The position numbers and the translations under genes were made by a program. The notes beneath the pieces were generated by a model, which had not been told where the DNA came from, made no database searches, and worked only from the letters and a program-made list of their open reading frames with translations. A stretch of 64,000 nucleotides of DNA, from the NCBI RefSeq assembly GCF_009914755.1, contig NC_060935.1; one strand, written 5' to 3'. Below are positions 54,524 to 64,000 of this stretch, piece after piece. Source of the DNA: the human T2T-CHM13v2.0 reference genome, Homo sapiens. Position 1 is the stretch's first letter, and each line of letters opens with the position of its first letter.

Positions 54524-55103
54524 TAGGCATGGTGACTCATGCCTGTAATCCCAGCATTTCTGGAGGCCAAGGCAGGAGGATCACTTGAGCCCAGGGATTT
54601 GGGACCAGCCTGAGTGACACAGTGAGACCCTGTCTCTACAGCAAAAAAATTTTTTGTTTTTGTTTTTGAGATAGGGTCTCACTGTGTGTGTCACCCAGGC
54701 TGGAGTGCACTATCATGATCATGGCTCACTGCAGCCTTGACTCAGGTGATCCTCCCACCTCAGCCTCCTCAGCACACACTACCATGCCTGGATAATTTTT
54801 GGTATTTTTTGTAGGGATGGGGTTTCGCCGTGTTGCCAGGCTGGTCTCGAACTCCTGGGCTCAAGCGATCGCCCATCTTGGCCTCCCAAAGTGCTGGGGT
54901 CACAAGCATGACCCACTGCTCCTGGCCTCTACAGATTTTGTTAAAATTAGCTGGGCGTGGTTGCATGCGTCTGTAGTCCCAGCTACTCAGAATGTTGAGG
55001 TGGGAGGATTGCTTAAGCACAAGAATTCGAGGCTGCGGTGAGCCACAATTGCGCCACTGCACTCGAGGCTGGGAGATAGAGTGAGATCCTGTCTCTAAAA
55101 AAA
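54524..55103. mobile_element. Sense Alu split at its linker by an antisense Alu (about 54650-54926)
   Basis: Left arm (+), reverse Alu, right arm (+). Confidence 0.85.
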
Positions 55104-55230
55104 GTGGGGGGCAAGGCAGTAGTGCCTGAGATCTTGCATCTCCATCTGGGGGAAAGGAAAAGTCACTCTCAGCGTAAATGATCAGGGTTGGGCTCAAGAG
55201 ACCATGGGAGAGCAGGCTCCAGCTAGGTAA

Positions 55231-55798
<568 letters not shown>

Positions 55799-56074
55799 GT
55801 TTTGCCTGTGAAGAAGCCGAAGGAAAAAGAGAAAAGGGCAGGGCAGGAAACAAACAAACAAAAAAAAAAATGGAGGGAGGGGGTGTCCAATGTGAGATGA
55901 CTCACTGGGATGTGGCTGGCGGAGGGCTTCCCTGTGCTGAGTTCTGTTTTGGCCCCAGAAGGGCCTCTAGGAAGAACCAGTGCCTGTACCTGGTGTCCTG
56001 GGTGTGGGCCAAGCATTACCTGAGATGGAAATATGGGAAACAGTCCCTTCCCTTAACAAAAGTGTGACCCCCAT

Positions 56075-56764
<690 letters not shown>

Positions 56765-58904
56765 TCATGCAATGCCCGTGCATCCTTCTGGGTCAGAGAG
56801 ACCTGGGCTCCAATTCCAGCCCTGCCCCTTCCTAGTTGGGTAAGAGGCTTTCACTTCTGACCCTGTTTCCTCACACGGAAAATGCGAGCGATGATACCTT
56901 ATCAAGAATGTGGCTGGGAAGATTCAAGAAGATACCAGATGTCAACTTCCTGACTCAGAGCACGGGTAAAACAAGTTAGAGCTTTTGTCCTGTGTAGCTG
57001 GACCCCTCCGTGGGTTCCAGAGGCCCTGTAAGGTGTGGAGATGGAGGCTGGCCCCGAGCCACAGATGGTGGTGGGACCCAGGGGTGGTAAAGTTTAACAG
57101 AGACTAAAAGCAAGGCTGAGCATGCGCGCATGTCCCAGCCTACGGTCCTCCCCCTTCTCCACCCCTGCAGAGGGGCTGGGGGCAGGGACTGGGCACCAAC
57201 TGGCAGATGAGGATGCCCCCTGCCGTGGGCACGCTGCTGCGGGTCCACGACTCCTCAAGGGAGGGGCACCTGATCCAACTCTCCCTGCGGCTATTTACCA
57301 GAAGCTAAAAATAACCCAAGAGTGACAGGGAGATGGGGCCGATTTGTAATTTAAATAGCAACAGGATAAAGCAAGGAGCTGCCAGAGATCACATTCTGTC
57401 CTGAATTAACAATGCAAAACCAGGGGCAGAGAGCTGAGCTGAGCAGGGGGAGGGGACCACGGCCAGAGGAAGCCTGGGGTCCATCAATTTTCTTTCCTTT
57501 GAAAAGGGCGGGGCCCAGGCCCAGCCCGGAACTCCTTCCCTCCCCTCAGGGACCTGCAGTTCTTGCTGATCAGTGAGTCAAAGGCCAGAGAGGGCAGTGC
57601 CACACTGTCCCAGAGGCCAACGTGCAGGGATCGGGATCCCAGGAGAGGGTCTTATCTGACCTCATTTTGGCACAAGGAGCTTGGGACGTGCCCCCAGCAG
57701 CCCATGTCCCCCAGTCCCCGCACCAAGGGGCACAGCCACTTGGGCATTTTGGAGGGAACCTGGGAAGGCCAGTTTGATCAATGGCATTTGAAGAACTTAT
57801 TTGGTGGCCTGCTGAGATGGTGGCCTGTGGGCCAAGCATGGGGAAGCCTGGAGTGGAGTCTCATTTTTGCCTCAGTTGGTGCCTTTCAGAGTTTTCAGAA
57901 AGGCCCCTCCAAGGTCCAGGGTGCCAGGGACAAGGGTTAGTACCAACTGGAGAAAACCTCTCTTCAATGACATACAAAGAGGGTGGGGAAGGAACTGGGA
58001 CTGGACTCTAGGCTTCTGCAGGGCTCCAGTGTGACTGACAAGGGCTCTCGGCCTATAGATGCCTGGAAAAGGCTAATCAGAGATTGCAGAGTAGGCAGTG
58101 CTTTGGAGGCCACTGGGCCGCAGCTTACAAATGAGGAGCTAAGGTTGGCAGAAGTTAAGCAATGTGTTGAGATCACAGAGCCAGTAACTGGTGGAGCCAG
58201 GATCCAGACTGAGATCTGTTTCTCTCCAAAGCCCTTTTTACTCTGTCAGGCTTGCAAAGGCCTAGACTTTCATCCTTGAGGATCTTGCTTTTGGCTCTGT
58301 ACAAAGTGTACATATCTCTGGGTGTGGTAATAGGATAGGTAGTAAGGGGGCTGAAAGGTAGCTATGCAATCAGGGCTTATGACCCTACAGATGTGAGTGG
58401 GAGGCTTGGAAGGCAGGAGACACACTGACCGTGTCGTGGGGGCTTGGTGTAGTCCAGGGTGGGGACAGATGGAAACTTTTGAGCAGATGCAGCTGACCCA
58501 GACTAAGGGGAGAGCTGTGCAGGCTCCTCTCTCACCTCCAATCCAGGAAATTGGGAGGTGCCAAAGGACAGCTTTCAAGAGACATGGTGGTTTGAAGGAC
58601 CACCTTTGGCTGCTGGGCCGCCAGTGCTGTGCCTGCAGCTCTCTTGCCTCAGCAGGAGAGGGTCTCCAGCCCCTCCTCCAGGTTTCCTCCTGCTCATGAC
58701 TTTCGTGAAGCTACCCAAAAGGAACCTAGTCAAATGTCCATCTGTCACTAGCCAGCAGCACCTGCAACCCAGCTCAGACACATCTGTCTCCTCTGTGGGG
58801 GCAGAGGCCCAGCACTTCAGCAGGGGCCAGTGATCAGCAGGTGATCCCAGGCTCTGGGTTGCTCCCAAAGGCTTCAGCAGGTGCCCAGATCACAGGCATA
58901 GCTA

Positions 58905-59237
<333 letters not shown>

Positions 59238-60794
59238 TCACCATGGCCACTTAGGCAAACAAGAAGCCAGTCTCCCTCCCTCCCTCTGCCCAGCCTTCTG
59301 AACACCTGTATTCAACCCATGGCAACTTCCATAGGAAGTCACTGAGCACAAACTCATGTACCCAGCACTGAGCTAGGAGCAACATAAGGTTCAAGAATTT
59401 TGTAAGGAAGCAAGACTAAGTGCACAAAAAGTCAGATGATACAGGAATATCATTGGGAACAAAAGTGAGCATCATAGGTAAGGGATCAGCAGGTGGGGTG
59501 GAATGCCAGTTCAGGAGAAGTGTTTGACACTTGGTAGATATTTATGAAATATTTGTCGTACAAATGAATGAAGGAATGAATGACCAAAAACTTGGAAATC
59601 AGGAAAGAAGATTCAAATGGAACTGTCAGATCTAGAGCAGATCTTAGAAATCATCTGGTCCAACCCAGAGAGGGTAATGACTGGCCCACAGTCACACAGC
59701 AAGGGCTGGAGTGTGAACCAATGGACTCCATGTCTGCGGCTCTTTCTACCTTCCCACTTTTGCTGCTTGGGCTGGGTCTGAAGGATGGAGAATGTGATTG
59801 GCCAAATACTCAGGGAAGACAACCTAGGAGTGCAACATAGGCAAAGGGAATGGCAGGGGTTAGGGCCACATGTGAAGGGAATGCGAAAAGGGGGAGGAGG
59901 GGAGGTTCATTTAGCACCTACTATGAGGCAGGCACTAGCATGGCATGAGCTGAGAGAAAATCTCTGCAGGGAAAGCCTGGACAAAGAGGCGGAAAAGCAA
60001 GAACAGCCAGAGAACGTAAGGAGCCGCGAAGGTCAGGCCAAGGAGGCTGGCTGGGCGGGTTTTGACAGCAGAGGATGTCCAGGTCGTGGGTTGAGTGTTT
60101 GTTGCCCTGGTACATTTCTTTTCCCCAGCTCCCACTTGCTCATCCAGGCCACAGAAAGTAGAACACCAACCTCTGGGGCCTCAACAAAGCCCAGAATAAT
60201 TTTCTTACCCAGATTCTTCTTCCTGTGTGTACCTGGGTGGATTCTGAGGGGTCCCCAGCTTCCCAGGGCTGGCACATGTTGTCCTAGGAACTGCCAAGGG
60301 CATCCTCCATAGTCCCATGCACCTGTCCCTTCCAGCCGTGTCCTCCCCACCCCACCTGGAAAGCAGAGATGACATTGACAGCGCCAAGGAGTGCAAGTTC
60401 AAGGTGGCCCTAGTCTCACAGTCAGGACTGCCCTGCTTCTTGAAGCCTCCAGCCTGCCTGCTTCCCCTCCAGGAGCCCCATTTCCTGCTCTCTGCAGCTC
60501 CAGGGCTGCCAGACGCCTCAGATGGAAAACAAGCCCAGCCCCATTTCCTCTGTTTAACTGCTCGAGCTACTTGCAAAATGCCTGCAAGAGGAAGGCAGGG
60601 CCCTGCACAGCCTCCTTCCAGAATAGACCTTGGTCTGGTGGACACAGTCTCCGATGAGGCCACAGCATATAGAACCCATCTTGAGGCATTCAGAGATAAT
60701 GGGTTGGAGAGGAAACTGTGGAAAAGTGGGGACTGAGCCTTGGGGGCATTACATGGCCATATCCCCTACCTTAGAGCAGCAATAGGATGTTTTA

Positions 60795-61335
<541 letters not shown>

Positions 61336-61699
61336 ATTGTTTTATGATTACTGAGTATTAATTATTAATTGCATAGCATGCATTTATTAAACAAATATTT
61401 ACTGAAAAATATTATGTTCCCATCATGAGGGACACAAAGGTGATTACAGCACCAGATGGAGGTTTTTAAGGGTCGGGATAGCATCTTGAAGGGTTCTGTA
61501 GCATAAATGTTTACTGAACTGAACTGATGCTGTTTCTGTCCTCAAGAAATTCACAGTAACAAACACATATACAACTAAAGAACTAGTTATAGAGCAGGGC
61601 GATTAAAGAATGCTTGAGGAAGGTACAGTTTCCTTCCTAGAACCAGTCCTAAGAATAAAGAGTGAATATATGCCCTAGTATTTATTTACCAAATCCTCA

Positions 61700-62848
<1,149 letters not shown>

Positions 62849-63485
62849 TGAGAAAACTGAGGCTCAGAAAATCTCCCTGGCACATGTATTCATTAGTTTA
62901 TTTGTTTATAGGCTACCTTGTCCCAAAAGTTATTTAGAGGACTCCGAGAGGTTTATGACCTGATCCAGGCCACACAGAGCTGGTAAGAGGCAGAACAGGA
63001 CACATGCTCATGTCTCCAGGCTCCATCCTCATTGCTCATTTCTCTACACCACCTTCCTGTATGCCCAGCCCTGTGTAAGATGGTATGCTGCACACAGAAG
63101 TGCTAGGAAGAGAGCGCTCTTTGAGGGCTGGGCACACCCAGCCATTGTACCTGGTGGTTGTCATAAAGCGGGAGACCTCAGCAGGACCAAGAGTTGAAAA
63201 TCAGACAGTTTAAATGGAGAGGAAAACCAGACAGGAGCCCAGGTGCAGATTCCAGCCCAAGCAAGCCCCATGGCTGCCTCCTGGCTGCTGGTCTGGGCTT
63301 GTCCCCACCTGCCCCTTGCTTTCTTGTGCAGCTCTTCACGGCAGCTGGCCCCAGCCAGCGGAAGGCGCCTATGAGCCCTGAGCCTGTGGTCCTCAGCTTG
63401 GGCGGCCAGCGGCCTCTAGCAGGCCCCCCCCTCGACCCCACCCCCGTCAGGAAGTGCCGAAAGAGGAAGAGAGTCGCCGGGCAGG

Positions 63486-63661
63486 ATGAGCGCACCGGGG
63501 GCTGGCCACAGTGCCGGGGGAAGCTGCAATGAATCCTCAGCTCTGGGCCCAGTGGAGGCGCTGGGGACGGAAGAAGGGGAGCGGCCGGGGTCACTGAGGC
63601 AGATGTGGCGCTACCGCTCCTGGGACGTGCCACAGATCCCATCAGAGGCACCCCAGACACA
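63486..63661 (+). CDS. DGKZ: DGKZ alternative first coding exon B: MSAPGAGHSAGGSCNESSALGPVEALGTEEGERPGSLRQMWRYRSWDVPQIPSEAPQT(Q)
   Basis: caggATGA start, 58 codons plus 2 nt, donor ACA CA|gtaggt with the same phase (2) as exon A; local CpG enrichment; peptide recognised as another DGKZ isoform N-terminus. Confidence 0.85.
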
Positions 63662-64000
63662 GTAGGTACAAGGGGTGGCCTGGGAGTGGGCATGGGACCT
63701 CTGTCCCTCTATGAGCCTTTTATCTGAGATGGGGGTGACAGAAGTAGGGTCACCCATCTGTCATCCAGCACTCTGCAGAGGCACAGAGTAGGGCAAAGGA
63801 GTTATTGGCAGGGTGCAGGGAGCTCTGATGTTTGGACTGTGTGGAGGAACTGAGCTCGAGAGAGGCCAGGAGTTGAGCAAGCTAGCAGTGGGGGGATCTG
63901 GGAAGAGGAGCCCCCCCAGGAGTGTGGCACTGGATGCTGGAGATTTCTGACCCAGCTGCAAGGCCTTGTGGAGACTCCGTGGGGTCTTCAGTTGCCTCTG

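Overview
Primate (almost certainly human, 11p11.2) GC-rich, Alu-dense genomic DNA. The window holds part of intron 1 and coding exons 2-12 plus the 3'UTR of CREB3L1 (OASIS, an ER-anchored bZIP factor) on the + strand. The exons are joined by GT-AG introns with consistent phases: 1458 nt, 485 aa plus stop at 38821. Exon 1 lies upstream of the window. After about 11.5 kb of repeat-rich spacer comes the CpG-island promoter of DGKZ (diacylglycerol kinase zeta) with two alternative first coding exons, 51351-51562 and 63486-63661; the second is absent from the ORF track. The rest is dozens of Alus, plus MIR, L2, L1, hAT-Charlie MITEs, an MLT1 solo LTR, microsatellites and two copies of a rare tRNA-headed SINE-like element. 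Nearly all long ORFs in the track are Alu, microsatellite or GC-content artefacts. I found no convincing novel multi-gene system. The best leads are regulatory or splicing hypotheses: a phase-compatible CREB3L1-DGKZ read-through, TM-less CREB3L1 isoforms using a 155-codon alternative frame in the last exon, a MIR-derived branch point for the bZIP exon, an intronic CpG-island promoter and an intronic CREB3-type binding site. Gene and repeat family names come from recognition, not from a search, and repeat boundaries are approximate.
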